Assembly: GCA_045863235.1 (NCBI GenBank)
Contig: BTUM01000031.1
Span: 15,623-79,622 of the forward strand
Direction of reading: 5' to 3'
Length of the DNA stretch: 64,000 nucleotides
DNA from: Candidatus Xenobia bacterium
GTDB lineage: Bacteria; Vulcanimicrobiota; Xenobia; Xenobiales; QWHO01
The notes under the pieces are model-generated. The model was not told the DNA's origin. It ran no database searches and saw only the letters and a list, made by a program, of their open reading frames with translations. The translations under genes and the position numbers were made by a program. Shown here one piece after another: positions 1 to 10,017 of the stretch (positions within the stretch are counted from its first letter, which is position 1; every line of letters begins with the position of its first letter).

Positions 1-383
1 TGGCCCTGGCCAACGCAGCCCAGAATGGTCGCAAGCAGGGAGAGCCCAAGAAAGACGGCCAGACCGGCCAGGCCGAGGGTGGCCGCTTCAGCGTCACTGC
101 CAAAGCCATCGAGCGCGACGGCCAGATGGTGCCGGTCAAGAGCATCTCCATTCACGAGGTCGGCAACTGGGGCGGACGTAAGCCCAAGTCGCGCGACGTC
201 GAGCAGTACTGGGACTCTTGGGACCGGTCCAGCCTGGAGAAGACCAACACCTTTGATAGCCCCACCAAACCAGGCGCCTACTACCAGGTGACGGTGACCT
301 GGGCCGATGGCAGCACCAAGACCGTCGACCGCCAGATGCCCGAAAGCGGCGACTACAACGAGACCATCTACTCCGGCTGGTAA
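1..383 (+). CDS. hypothetical protein, 5'-truncated by window edge (beta-rich C-terminal domain)
   Basis: The frame of ORF 126..383 stays open back to base 3 (ALANAAQNGRKQGEPKKDG...); codon usage looks coding; TAA at 381-383. Confidence 0.7.
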   Translation, partial: ALANAAQNGRKQGEPKKDGQTGQAEGGRFSVTAKAIERDGQMVPVKSISIHEVGNWGGRKPKSRDVEQYWDSWDRSSLEKTNTFDSPTKPGAYYQVTVTWADGSTKTVDRQMPESGDYNETIYSGW

Positions 384-389
384 CCCTTC

Positions 390-596
390 TCAGCCGGTAA
401 TGTCCAGGTTCTTGCCCAGGTAGCGCGAGCGCCGGGCCCGTTCCACCACCTCGTCGGGGAGCTTCACCGGCCGAAGACATGAAGGGCACTGCAGCTCTCC
501 CGCGACAGCCTCCTCGGTGGTCCAGTCGGGCAGCAGGGCCCGACAGTCGGGGCACTGCATGCGCTTGATGGGGTCGATGCGTCCGAGCTCAGCCAT
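390..596 (-). CDS. small zinc-ribbon protein
   Basis: CPDC...CPSC pairs in 68 aa. Confidence 0.7.
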   Translation of the reverse strand: MAELGRIDPIKRMQCPDCRALLPDWTTEEAVAGELQCPSCLRPVKLPDEVVERARRSRYLGKNLDITG

Positions 597-674
597 TCCG
601 AAGAGTTCTCACCCCTGAGCCGGTGCCCTGCCTGGCAGGGCATGGGTCCGGGCTGGCGCGAAATCCCCTGTCTG

Positions 675-1709
675 ATGCTGCTTCTCGGAGTCGATTGCGG
701 CGGTGACCGCAGCCTGTGCGTGCTGACCGATGCGCGGGGCAACTTGCTGGCCGAGGGCCACGCCCCTGCCCCGGGCGAGTCCAACCTGGAGGAAGTCCTG
801 CGGGCGGCCGTCGCGCCCTGCCTCGAGGTCGTGGGCGAAGGCGACGCCACGACGGTGGTGGCCATACCCGGGCTCGATCAGCGCCAGGCCCGCATGCACG
901 CCCTGGCGGTGGTGCGCAAGGTGCTACCCGAGCGCTTGGCGGTCTGGCTCTGCTCCAGCCTCGAGGCCGAGCTGGCAGGCTCGCTGGGGGGCCGCCCCGG
1001 CCTTCTGATCCACGCCGGCATGCGGGCCGCCGCGGCCGGGCTCGAGCGCTCGGGCCGCTTCTGGAGCACGGGCGAGTCGCAGGAGGTGCTGGGCGACGAG
1101 GGCAGCTCGCTGTGGCTGGCCAGCCGCACGCTGCAACTGGCGGTGCGCGGCATGGAAGGCCGCATGGCCCGCAGCCCCCGCCTGGAGCGCACCCTGGTGG
1201 CCTATTTCGGGGTGGACGACCTGAACGAGCTGCTGGCCCTGCTCGACCGCGGCCACCTTACCCCGGGCGAGCTGGCCGGCTCGGTTTCGGTCATTCTCGA
1301 GCTGGCCGCCTACCCCGGTCCCGATCCGGCCTGCCGGGCGCTGATTCTGAAGGCTTCGCGCCAACTGGTGCAGCTAACTCGCCAGGCCTCGGGCCGGGGC
1401 CGCTGGGCCAGCGCACCCACCGCCTCCTGGAGCGGCAGCGCGCTCCACGGCCCCCTGCTGGAGGCTTTCCAGACCGAGGTCTTCAAGTACCTGCCCGAGG
1501 TGCGCTGGCGCCCGCCCGTCTTCCCGACCCCGGGCGGCTGCCTGCTGCTGGCCCTGGCTGCTGCCGCCGTAGGCACCCATCGCGGCAGCGGCGGGCTCAA
1601 GCCGGGACTGACCTCCATCCCCCCCGGGCCGGGGGTGCGCAACGTCGACCAGGACGTGTGGCGCGAGGCCTTCCGGCTCAAGGAGCCGCTGGCCCAGTAT
1701 CGGGCCTGA
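675..1709 (+). CDS. BadF/BadG/BcrA/BcrD (N-acetylglucosamine kinase-like, ASKHA fold) family protein with degenerate motifs
   Basis: LLLGVDCGG N-terminus and LGDEGS motif; start at ATG 675 preferred over 642. Confidence 0.75.
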   Translation: MLLLGVDCGGDRSLCVLTDARGNLLAEGHAPAPGESNLEEVLRAAVAPCLEVVGEGDATTVVAIPGLDQRQARMHALAVVRKVLPERLAVWLCSSLEAELAGSLGGRPGLLIHAGMRAAAAGLERSGRFWSTGESQEVLGDEGSSLWLASRTLQLAVRGMEGRMARSPRLERTLVAYFGVDDLNELLALLDRGHLTPGELAGSVSVILELAAYPGPDPACRALILKASRQLVQLTRQASGRGRWASAPTASWSGSALHGPLLEAFQTEVFKYLPEVRWRPPVFPTPGGCLLLALAAAAVGTHRGSGGLKPGLTSIPPGPGVRNVDQDVWREAFRLKEPLAQYRA

Positions 1710-1881
1710 TATCAGCGACGACCGAATTCAGAATCTTTTCAGGCGCGCTCGGTTTACTACCCACTGGTCGAGCCGCATGGCTCCCGATGAGGAGGAACAT
1801 CATGCTGTACCGCTCTGGATATAGATGCCGATCTCTGTGGTCCATTTTCCGCCGAGCCGTCTGGCGGCGGGGGGCCTGACG

Positions 1882-2208
1882 ATGAACCAGCCCCCGACGG
1901 CCCAGCGAATCGCCTCGATGCAACGACTGCAGCGCCTGATCGAGCTGCTCACCCAGGTCGAGCTGGTGCGCGACCGGCTGGTGCAGGATGTGGCCGGCTG
2001 GAGCGAGCTGCCGCCCGAGGAGGACCTTCGGGCCGTGGCCGACTGGCTGCTCGATTCGAGCCCCCGGGACGTGGGCGAGTATCGTCAGTGCCTGGACTAC
2101 CTGCGCCAACTCGACCAGCGCTTGCGCCAGCCCAAGAGCACCTGGGTCCGGCTGCGCCGCATGGGCGCAGCGATGGAGCCGAGCCGGGCTCGGCGCGCCT
2201 CAACCTGA
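1882..2208 (+). CDS. hypothetical helical protein
   Basis: ATG 1882, coding-like codon bias, amphipathic helices. Confidence 0.55.
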   Translation: MNQPPTAQRIASMQRLQRLIELLTQVELVRDRLVQDVAGWSELPPEEDLRAVADWLLDSSPRDVGEYRQCLDYLRQLDQRLRQPKSTWVRLRRMGAAMEPSRARRAST

Positions 2209-4143
2209 GCGAGTTACCCCGGTCGGTTCCTTGGCGGGCTTGCCTTCCTGAGCCGCCGGTTTGGGCGCGGGAGAGCTCTGCTGAAAGCGAACCTCCCCGA
2301 GCCGATGCTCGCGGGTGATCTCGATCTTTGCCGCCGGACCGACGCTCACGAACTGCCCGTTCTCCATTCGGCCCGGGGTCACGTTGTACTGACCCGAATA
2401 CCCCTGCGGGAAGACCGGGATGTAGACATAGCTCGGACCCGACTCGGGCTTGTTCTCGGTCTGGTAGTAGTATGGCTCGCCCCCGCCGTCGTAGCGGACC
2501 ACCAGCCCGCGCGCATCCACCGGGTTTCCCTGCGCGTCCAGAAAACGCACCTCGATGCCCGGCCCTCCCGGAGGGCGAGAGGGATCGCTGTTGCTCAGCA
2601 CCGAGGCCGGGTTGAAGGCCGCGGTGGGGTCGAACGCCTGAGGGATGGGCCCCACCGGGGCCACCGGGGCGGCCTGCGGGGGCACACCAGGTGGGCTCGA
2701 GTCGCTGCTCGAGCCCTGCGAGCCCGAGCCTTCCGACAACCCTGAGGCACCCGCCATCCCCAGCACGGCTGCAACCAGCCTGCGGGTCACCTCGGACAGC
2801 CCCTGCAAGCCGGGGGCCAGCTGCAGCAGCAGCCGCGTGGCCGGGCCGGGCTGGCCCAGTTGCAGCTCCTGGAGAGCCGTCATGGCCAGCGCCATCAGCT
2901 GGTCCTCGCTGAAAGAGGAGGCAGCCATCAGCTGGTCCTGGGAGGCCGCCGAGGCCTGGCCGGAGGCCGAGCTCCCGCCGCTCGAGGGAGGGCCCTGAGG
3001 GGCCGGGGGCGGCCCCAGGTCAACCTTTCCCTGGCCGCGATACTTGGAATGGCTCAACTCGTTCATGGCCTGCAGCATCTCGGGACTGACCAGATAACCT
3101 TCCTGCCCGGGCCCACGATTGTGGATCCAGAGCGAGACGCTCTGAATGGGAGGACGGGACGGGTCGGCATTCCAGTCCATCACCCGACGGATGAAGCTCT
3201 GGTAAGCTGCAGCTTGCTGCTGAGCATTGAGGTTGCCGCCCCGGGGAATGCCGAACTCGGTGATCTCGATCGGTTTGGCCTGTCCGAACCCGCTGGCGAT
3301 CTGGTGAAGGTTGTCGATGTTGTGAAGACTGTCCTGGTACTCGTGCATGGCGTAGACGTCCACCAGGTCTCCCAGGCCGGCCTGGAGCATGCGGGTGAAG
3401 TACTGGCCCATGTCGCTGCCCCCCGGACTCAAGCCGGCGCTGGCCAGCCGGGCATCGATCCCGCGGCGCTCGAGCTCCTCGCGCACGGCCTGGACGGCGG
3501 CCACGTAATCCTCGGGCGACATCCCCTTGTTCTGATTCTCGAGGGCCAGATTGGGCTCGTTGCCCAGCACGAAGTTGACCCGGGACAGATCCACGCCCCG
3601 GGCCCGCGCCTCCTGCACGAAGTCGCTCACCATCCGGGCATACTCGGCCCGGCCCTCGGGGGTGTCGGGCACGTTGCGCCCCCAGTCGTAGTCCAGCCGC
3701 ATGTTGACCTGACGACCATTCTGCTGGGCCTGCAGCATGCCCGTCAGCAACTGCTCGCGCCGCCTCATCGCCGACGGGTCGTTGGGATTGGTCATCGAGT
3801 TCATCGAGGCCGCTTCCGTCACAAAGCCACCGCCCGTGGCCGCCTGCCAACCTTCCTGCTGCTCGGCCGTCCCGTTCTCGGGGTAGGCCGACAGGAGATG
3901 CAGCCCCAGCAGGTCGGCCGGCTCGGCCGGGCGCCAGGGCGCGCTCTGGTTGGCGGCGGGATCGGGGCGGGGCGACTGGACGGCACTCAGCTCCACGCTC
4001 TCGGTGGCGGAATTCTCCGAGGCCGCGGACGCCCCGCCTGCGGCCCTCTGGCTGGCCCGGTCCCCCACCCGGACCGCACCGCCGGAATCCGAGCCTTTGC
4101 CCACCTTCTCGATCTTGCCGGCCGGTTGCGTCTGCTGAGTCAA
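2200..4143 (-). CDS. glycoside hydrolase clan GH-A (GH5/GH39-like) domain protein with low-complexity leader and C-terminal beta domain
   Basis: FVLGNEPN (acid/base), AMHEY, IEITEFG (nucleophile); TTG start preceded by AGGGGAG. Confidence 0.75.
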   Translation of the reverse strand: MTQQTQPAGKIEKVGKGSDSGGAVRVGDRASQRAAGGASAASENSATESVELSAVQSPRPDPAANQSAPWRPAEPADLLGLHLLSAYPENGTAEQQEGWQAATGGGFVTEAASMNSMTNPNDPSAMRRREQLLTGMLQAQQNGRQVNMRLDYDWGRNVPDTPEGRAEYARMVSDFVQEARARGVDLSRVNFVLGNEPNLALENQNKGMSPEDYVAAVQAVREELERRGIDARLASAGLSPGGSDMGQYFTRMLQAGLGDLVDVYAMHEYQDSLHNIDNLHQIASGFGQAKPIEITEFGIPRGGNLNAQQQAAAYQSFIRRVMDWNADPSRPPIQSVSLWIHNRGPGQEGYLVSPEMLQAMNELSHSKYRGQGKVDLGPPPAPQGPPSSGGSSASGQASAASQDQLMAASSFSEDQLMALAMTALQELQLGQPGPATRLLLQLAPGLQGLSEVTRRLVAAVLGMAGASGLSEGSGSQGSSSDSSPPGVPPQAAPVAPVGPIPQAFDPTAAFNPASVLSNSDPSRPPGGPGIEVRFLDAQGNPVDARGLVVRYDGGGEPYYYQTENKPESGPSYVYIPVFPQGYSGQYNVTPGRMENGQFVSVGPAAKIEITREHRLGEVRFQQSSPAPKPAAQEGKPAKEPTGVTRSG

Positions 4144-4276
4144 GCGCGCTGAGCTCCCCTGGTTGATGTACCGATCCTAAGGCAAGTCGGAGCAAGAAAG
4201 CAGACGATCCAGGCAAACATCTTGTAACCCCTGTGTCAAAAGTGTAACGTTTGAGCGCTGCGTAATGACGGGTCTT

Positions 4277-5449
4277 TCAAGACTTCAGACCGAGCCGAGC
4301 TCGGAGCGTGTCGCCCGGATTGCCGTAGCCCACGTCTTTGATCACCCACCGGTCCTGGTCGTAGCGCAGGCTGAACGAAAGGCGATGAACGTCACCCTTG
4401 GCATCGGTCACGGCGGCCTCCACGGTAGCCGTCTCGGGCTTCTTCTCGCTGATCCAGACCGAGTGCTCGACCACTCGAGCGCGGGCGTCGGTGAACGGGT
4501 CCACGGCCCGCTTGCCTGCCTTCTTCAGGGCCGCGTAGAGGTCCGGGTCGAGGCGGGACTTCTGCTCGCCGATGCGCCCGGCCAGGCTGCCTTCCGAAAC
4601 GTTGCGATACCAGCGATAGAAGCTGTCCACCACCTCGTCGGGCTTGAGATCGGTGAAGAAGTCTCCACCGTCGTAACGCCAGCGGCCCTCCTCGAAGACG
4701 AGGTTGACCTTGCCGATGTAGGGAGTGACGGCGGAGGCTCCCCTGGCCCGGTCGAAGTCGTCGGCCAGCATCCTCAGGCGCACGCGGGCCGAGCCGGCAT
4801 TCTGCTTGAGAACCTCGAGCTTTTCGACGGCCACGGAATTGTTATTGCTCCAGGTGCTGGTGAACTCGGCCAGGCTGGTCCGCTCGCGCGAGCGACGACT
4901 GCGAAGCGCGTAGGCCTCTTCGAACCGGTCGTCGTCGATCAGCTCGTAATAGCTCGTGAGATCAGCCACCGGGTCGGGACCTGACGGGGTCTGGACCGGT
5001 GTTTCAACGGCCGATTGCGTGGAGGCCTGAGTAGGCGTCTCGGATGGTGTCCCCGAGGGGGCCTGGCGCGGCCGGGAAAGGACCGCGAGCAGTCCCAGGC
5101 AGCCCAGAGCCAGAACGACCGCCAGGACCCATCGCCCAGAGTTGGCCGGCTGTCGCGCCGAAGCGGGAGAAGGCGGCGGAGCTTGGGGCGCGGGCTCCGG
5201 CCGGGGCGGACTGAGTGGCGGGGCAGCTTGCGGCCCCGGCGCGGGTGCTGGCTGGGACGGGGCCACCGGAGGTTGCGGCTCTGGCGTGGGGGGCGGACTG
5301 ACTGGCGCGGCAACTTGCGGCCCCGGCGCGGGTGCTGGCTGGGACGGGGCCGCTGGAGGTTGCGGCGCTGGCGGGGTAGCCGGAGCTCCACAGTGAATGC
5401 AGAACTGGGCCTCGGGCTCCAAACGCCGTCCGCAGCTCTGGCAGAACAT
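4277..5449 (-). CDS. zinc-ribbon + Pro-rich + single TM membrane protein with extracytoplasmic DUF3828-like domain
   Basis: MFCQSCG...FCIHCG; WVLAVVLALGCLGLLAVL TM; PDEVVDSFYRWY...DPFTDA. Confidence 0.7.
   Translation of the reverse strand: MFCQSCGRRLEPEAQFCIHCGAPATPPAPQPPAAPSQPAPAPGPQVAAPVSPPPTPEPQPPVAPSQPAPAPGPQAAPPLSPPRPEPAPQAPPPSPASARQPANSGRWVLAVVLALGCLGLLAVLSRPRQAPSGTPSETPTQASTQSAVETPVQTPSGPDPVADLTSYYELIDDDRFEEAYALRSRRSRERTSLAEFTSTWSNNNSVAVEKLEVLKQNAGSARVRLRMLADDFDRARGASAVTPYIGKVNLVFEEGRWRYDGGDFFTDLKPDEVVDSFYRWYRNVSEGSLAGRIGEQKSRLDPDLYAALKKAGKRAVDPFTDARARVVEHSVWISEKKPETATVEAAVTDAKGDVHRLSFSLRYDQDRWVIKDVGYGNPGDTLRARLGLKS
5227..5366. repeat. 87-bp-period internal duplication encoding the Pro-rich linker
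   Basis: cttgcggccccggcgcgggtgctggctgggacggggcc at 5227 and 5314. Confidence 0.85.
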
Positions 5450-5519
5450 TCCGTCAGGTTCGTAACCCACCCTCGAGGGATCCTTTCGCTCGCTCCCAGG
5501 CTCATCCGGACGCCACTGA

Positions 5520-5655
5520 TCCGGACAAATTTAAACACAAAAAACTGCCCAAACACGAGCCGGTTAACAATGCTCCGCAAAGAGTTAAAGATTTGTTTCT
5601 TAGCAGCCAACCTTCGAAAATGTAAAATATCGGTAACAAACATGCTCAGGAGGAC
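5520..5655. promoter_or_regulatory. AT-rich divergent promoter region with AGGAGG RBS (5648-5653)
   Basis: Sharp drop in GC between divergent genes; RBS 8 nt before GTG 5662. Confidence 0.6.
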
Positions 5656-5661
5656 CCTCCC

Positions 5662-7425
5662 GTGTTCATGATCATCGGTGGCGCCTTACTCACCCAGATG
5701 CTGACATCTCCAGGCAACCTGGAGGGGCCTTCCAGTCACCCCAACGACTACCGGGCCATCGAGGGCCTGAGCATGGATGTGAGCAGCCAGGCCAATGGGC
5801 TCACCCCCACCCGTCGCGTCCGCCTCGACGAGCGGATCCAACTGCTCCAGATCAACTCCACCCTGTTCGACCTGTATCGCAACACCGCGGGACAACCGCC
5901 GGTCCTCGGCACCCAGCCCGGTCCGGTACCGGGCCCGCTGCCCGGCCCGATCCCGGGCCCGCCGGGCCCGCTGCCCGGACCTGGTCAGCTCGTGCCCCCA
6001 CCGCAGGTCCAGGGACCGCCGCGCCTGGTCCACCTGGAGGGCGAGCACATCCGCGTGGCCCGTCCGGCCGACCGCCCCCTGGTGCAGGCCGACCCTAACG
6101 GCCTGCTCACCGGCGATACGCAGATCATTCAGGCCTACAACGCAGCCCGCAGCACGCACCACATGACCGAAGGCGCCCTGGGTCGCCCGTTGCGATTCGC
6201 AAGTCCCGATGGCCGGCTGACCGTGAGCCTGGATGACCCTCGGGCCGAATTCGGGGGACCGGCGCATGTCCAACAGGACAGCAGCATCATCTTCCCACGC
6301 AACAACAGCGGCTCAGGCGGAGACCCGGACGTGGTGGCCCACGAGACCGGCCACGCGGTGCTGACCAGCCAGCGCCCCCAATACCGCTACGAAGGGCACG
6401 GCGGCACCGGGGCGGTGCATGAAGCTTACGCTGACGCTACCCAGCTCACTCTGGCCCTGCGCGACCCCGACGTCCGTCGAGACGTGCTGGCCAACCGCGA
6501 AGGCTCGAACATGGCCAGCGTGCTGGGCGAGGGCGCCCACCTCATGCGGCAGAATCCTCAGATCGATGGCCCCCGCAACCCCCGGCTGGGCATCCGCGAC
6601 CTCTCCCAGCCGGCGCCCGAGGGCGACCAGGCCCACGATGCCTCCCAGCGCTACAGCCGCTCGGTCTACCGGAGCATCCTGGACGTGCAAGCCGAGCTGC
6701 GCCGCGAGCAGCCCAACCTTACCGAGGATCAGGCCCTGGAGCGAGCCAACCAGATCGTGGGCGGCAATGCTCTGCGCGCTGTGGACTTCCTGCCGGTGGG
6801 CCCCTCGGCCACCCTGGAAGACCTGGCCCGGGCCACGCTGAGAGCGGGGGACCGAGACCAGGACGGCCGCTACCGGGCCCTGATGGAGCGCAACTTCCGG
6901 GCCAACGGCATCCAGGTAGGCGGCCCCAGCGACCGGCTGCGCGAAGCGGGCTACCAGGTCATGGGACAAAACCCGGCCCTGCGCATGCCGGCCGGGCTGC
7001 GCGAGGGCGCCCAGTTCGGCCCATCGGTAGGCACCGAGCGCCCGGCCGGAAGCGGCCCGGGCACGGTGGCCGAGGACTACCTGCGCACCAACCGCGAGGC
7101 GCTCGGCCTGCCTGAGGGCGTGAGCTACCGGGCCCACCAGCTCATCCGCAACGACCGGGGCGAGACCTTCGTGCACTACTCGGACGGCCAGTCACTGACC
7201 GACCCGGACAACCGCAACTACCTGCTGCTCGCGTTCGATCGGGAGGGCCGGCCGATCCACCTGCAAGATAGCGTTCCGCCTCCACCTGCGCCCGCGCCGC
7301 AGTTCGCTCCCTGGCCCGGCCCCGGCCCCAGCCCGTTTCCGCTGCCCGACCCGGGGAAGCCATTCCCTGAGCCCCCGCAAGTCCCGGAGGCCCCCCGCTT
7401 GCCGGCCCTGGGAATCGTCGCCTGA
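5662..7425 (+). CDS. thermolysin-like (M4/M36-like) zinc metallopeptidase
   Basis: VVAHETGH zinc motif plus downstream GAVHEAYAD third-ligand motif; strong RBS. Confidence 0.8.
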   Translation: MFMIIGGALLTQMLTSPGNLEGPSSHPNDYRAIEGLSMDVSSQANGLTPTRRVRLDERIQLLQINSTLFDLYRNTAGQPPVLGTQPGPVPGPLPGPIPGPPGPLPGPGQLVPPPQVQGPPRLVHLEGEHIRVARPADRPLVQADPNGLLTGDTQIIQAYNAARSTHHMTEGALGRPLRFASPDGRLTVSLDDPRAEFGGPAHVQQDSSIIFPRNNSGSGGDPDVVAHETGHAVLTSQRPQYRYEGHGGTGAVHEAYADATQLTLALRDPDVRRDVLANREGSNMASVLGEGAHLMRQNPQIDGPRNPRLGIRDLSQPAPEGDQAHDASQRYSRSVYRSILDVQAELRREQPNLTEDQALERANQIVGGNALRAVDFLPVGPSATLEDLARATLRAGDRDQDGRYRALMERNFRANGIQVGGPSDRLREAGYQVMGQNPALRMPAGLREGAQFGPSVGTERPAGSGPGTVAEDYLRTNREALGLPEGVSYRAHQLIRNDRGETFVHYSDGQSLTDPDNRNYLLLAFDREGRPIHLQDSVPPPPAPAPQFAPWPGPGPSPFPLPDPGKPFPEPPQVPEAPRLPALGIVA

Positions 7426-7523
7426 AACTGGGCCCGATGCTTCTCCAGCGACGAGCGCAGAACACACCACCTCAATCCTGACCGGAACAGGGGCTTATCC
7501 CCGACCCAGCGAAACTCTCCCGG

Positions 7524-8735
7524 ATGATCCCTCCCCTGCGCAACGACAAGGAAGTCCGCAAGGCTGCCCGCGAGGCGATCGGGGGCCGCACCGAGGACAT
7601 GGAGAAAGCCCTGGAGCAGATCGGCGTCCACGGTCACAACAGTGACGTGCAGGACGTGGCCAACGTGGGCCTGATGGCCATGCAGGGGGTGGAGACCGGG
7701 CACGAGACCACCGAACTGGCCCGCCGCCAGGCCGGTAGGGCGGCGCTGGATGTCCTGAGCAGCGAGCACGACCCCAAGGGCAGCGTGCAGGGCGTGGGGC
7801 GCGTGGGCGAACAGTTGACCGACCCCAGCAACGCCTTTGCTCTCAACCTGAGCGGGGCCGAGACCATCTTGCAGGCGATCCAATCGGCCGCCATCCCGGG
7901 AGCCATGGGAGCGGCCATCGCCTTCACGCTGAAGCTGGGCGAGAAGCTGCGCGAGCCGGGACGCACCGCTACCCAACACAGCTCATTCACCCCCGAGCGC
8001 CCCGAGCACATGCTGGGCCCGGGGCAGAACTTCGACTTCGTGGGGGTCTCAGCCGTTTACCACGCCGCCTTCTCCAACCTGGTCTCGCTCGATCTTCGGC
8101 CCCAGGTCGGCGAGCAGATGACGTCAGTGGAGCTGGCCGACCTGGGCAACTCGATGCTGCTCTACGCCGGCGAGGCCAACGCGAAGTACCCCGGCTACCT
8201 CGAAACCCCGGACACTCCTCAGGTGGTGGCCAGCGAGGTGCTCGCGCGCCTGCCCGAGACCGCCAAGGCTACCGAGGATACCCGTCGCTGGGCCGAGCTG
8301 GGCATGAAACTTCTAAGCGACAACCCGCAGGCAGCCGGCTGCGAGATCATCCTGAAGGCTGTCTCGGACAAGAAGCCTGCCAACTCGGTGACCTTGCTGG
8401 CCATCGGACGCCAGGCCCTGGAGGCGCTGCCCGAAGAGCGGCGCGAGAGCTTCGCGCAAAACGTGCTGTACCAGGCCGTCAGCCAGCGCCAGCGAGAGAG
8501 CGAGGAGCCCATCAAGGGCGCCTGGGCGGCGCTGAACGAGATGGCCGGGCGGGTCTCGCGCAACGAGCTCTCGGCCAGCCAGGCCGTGCTCGGAGGGGTG
8601 GAGCAGCTCTCCCAAACGGACCCGTGGCTCATGCACGGGACCACGACGCCCAGCAACGCCGGTATCGCGGCCAATGAGCACGTGGTCTTCGTGCCGGGTG
8701 GGCGCCTCAAGGTGCGCAAGCCCCCGACCAGTTAA
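7524..8735 (+). CDS. hypothetical helical protein with conserved C-terminal motif
   Basis: 403-aa ORF with coding bias; ends GIAANEHVVFVPGGRLKVRKPPTS. Confidence 0.75.
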   Translation: MIPPLRNDKEVRKAAREAIGGRTEDMEKALEQIGVHGHNSDVQDVANVGLMAMQGVETGHETTELARRQAGRAALDVLSSEHDPKGSVQGVGRVGEQLTDPSNAFALNLSGAETILQAIQSAAIPGAMGAAIAFTLKLGEKLREPGRTATQHSSFTPERPEHMLGPGQNFDFVGVSAVYHAAFSNLVSLDLRPQVGEQMTSVELADLGNSMLLYAGEANAKYPGYLETPDTPQVVASEVLARLPETAKATEDTRRWAELGMKLLSDNPQAAGCEIILKAVSDKKPANSVTLLAIGRQALEALPEERRESFAQNVLYQAVSQRQRESEEPIKGAWAALNEMAGRVSRNELSASQAVLGGVEQLSQTDPWLMHGTTTPSNAGIAANEHVVFVPGGRLKVRKPPTS

Positions 8736-8755
8736 GCCAGGACCAGGAGGGAAGG

Positions 8756-9112
8756 TCAGGCCGACTCGGCCAGAAGCTGGCGCTGGCTCGCGCCCAGCCG
8801 CAGCCAGTGCTGGCCCTGGTCCACCGCCGGGATGGAGAGCACCAGGTACATCCCCGGGGCTGGCGGCTGAGCCAGGTCGCGACCCACCAGCTCGGAGGCG
8901 ACCTCGAGCGAGGTGACCGCCAGGGTGGTGGAGAGTACGCCCTCCTCGAGCTTGATGTCGCGAAGGTCAAGGCTGTCGATCATCTCCAACCCCTCTTCGT
9001 CGCACGGATCCACCACCATCACCACCGGGCTCCCCTCGCCGCGGCGGAAGGCCTGCCGGGCCAGTTGCTCGATCTGGTCCAGGTTCAGGTCAACCAACTC
9101 GTTCTCGATCAT
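8756..9112 (-). CDS. hypothetical protein
   Basis: Globular-looking 118 aa; AAGGAG upstream of ATG. Confidence 0.65.
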   Translation of the reverse strand: MIENELVDLNLDQIEQLARQAFRRGEGSPVVMVVDPCDEEGLEMIDSLDLRDIKLEEGVLSTTLAVTSLEVASELVGRDLAQPPAPGMYLVLSIPAVDQGQHWLRLGASQRQLLAESA

Positions 9113-9262
9113 CAGGTCGCGGACTCTCCTTCAGCTTGAATGTGTTTCCATTTTAGCATGGAAAAAAATTCTGCATAGAAGACACCTGTTCGATTTTACC
9201 GGATACAAACTACCAGGACTGTTCGACAGGCGAGGCCTGGCGGGGCCTGAAGGAACACCAGC

Positions 9263-10006
9263 GTGCGCATCGTCACTTTGAATATTTTTCGAGGAGGTGG
9301 AGACCGCTTCGAGCGGATTCTCGAAGTCCTGAAGGGGTTGAGCCCCGACGTGGTGGCCCTGCAGGAGTGCCTGGGCTGGGAGGACGGGGTGCGACTGGCC
9401 GAAGCCTCACGCGTGTTGGGGCTGAGCCAAACCTTTCTGGGACTTGCCCGCCCGCGCCCGAGCGGGCTCTCCTATCACGTCGCCTTGCTCAGCCGCTGGC
9501 CCCTGGCGAACCGGGTGACCTATGCCAATCCCGGCGTCAACGCCCATTGCGCCGCCCGCGCCAGCGTGCAAGGGGTGGAAGTGCTGACCACCCACCTGGA
9601 CGGGCACGATGAGGACTTGCGCCTCGCCGAGGCTCGCTGGCTGAGCACGCTGGGACTGCAACACCGGCGCGCTGTGCTGGCGGCCGACCTGAATTCGTTG
9701 TCGCCCTATGATCCCTACCCCGCTGACCTGGACGAGCGACTCGAGCGGGCGTGCATTCTCAAGTATGGCCGACAGGCTCGCCGCGACGTGATGTTCGAGT
9801 TTCACCGGGCCGGTTGGCGCGACGCCCTGTACCTGCGGGGACAGCCCTCAGAGTGGGTGACCGCGGTCCGAGAAGGCATCTGCTTTCGCACCGACTACGC
9901 GCTGGTGGCCCCCACCCTGACCGCCCAGGTCGAGGAGTGCCGGGTGCAGCCCGTCGGGGAGGATGTGTCCGACCACTGCCCGGTGCTGCTCTGTTTGAGC
10001 CTGTAG
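9263..10006 (+). CDS. endonuclease/exonuclease/phosphatase (EEP) family protein
   Basis: IVTLNI, DVVALQEC, TTHLD, ADLN, RTDY, SDHCPV motifs. Confidence 0.9.
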   Translation: MRIVTLNIFRGGGDRFERILEVLKGLSPDVVALQECLGWEDGVRLAEASRVLGLSQTFLGLARPRPSGLSYHVALLSRWPLANRVTYANPGVNAHCAARASVQGVEVLTTHLDGHDEDLRLAEARWLSTLGLQHRRAVLAADLNSLSPYDPYPADLDERLERACILKYGRQARRDVMFEFHRAGWRDALYLRGQPSEWVTAVREGICFRTDYALVAPTLTAQVEECRVQPVGEDVSDHCPVLLCLSL

Positions 10007-10017
10007 TCCCCGCTCAG

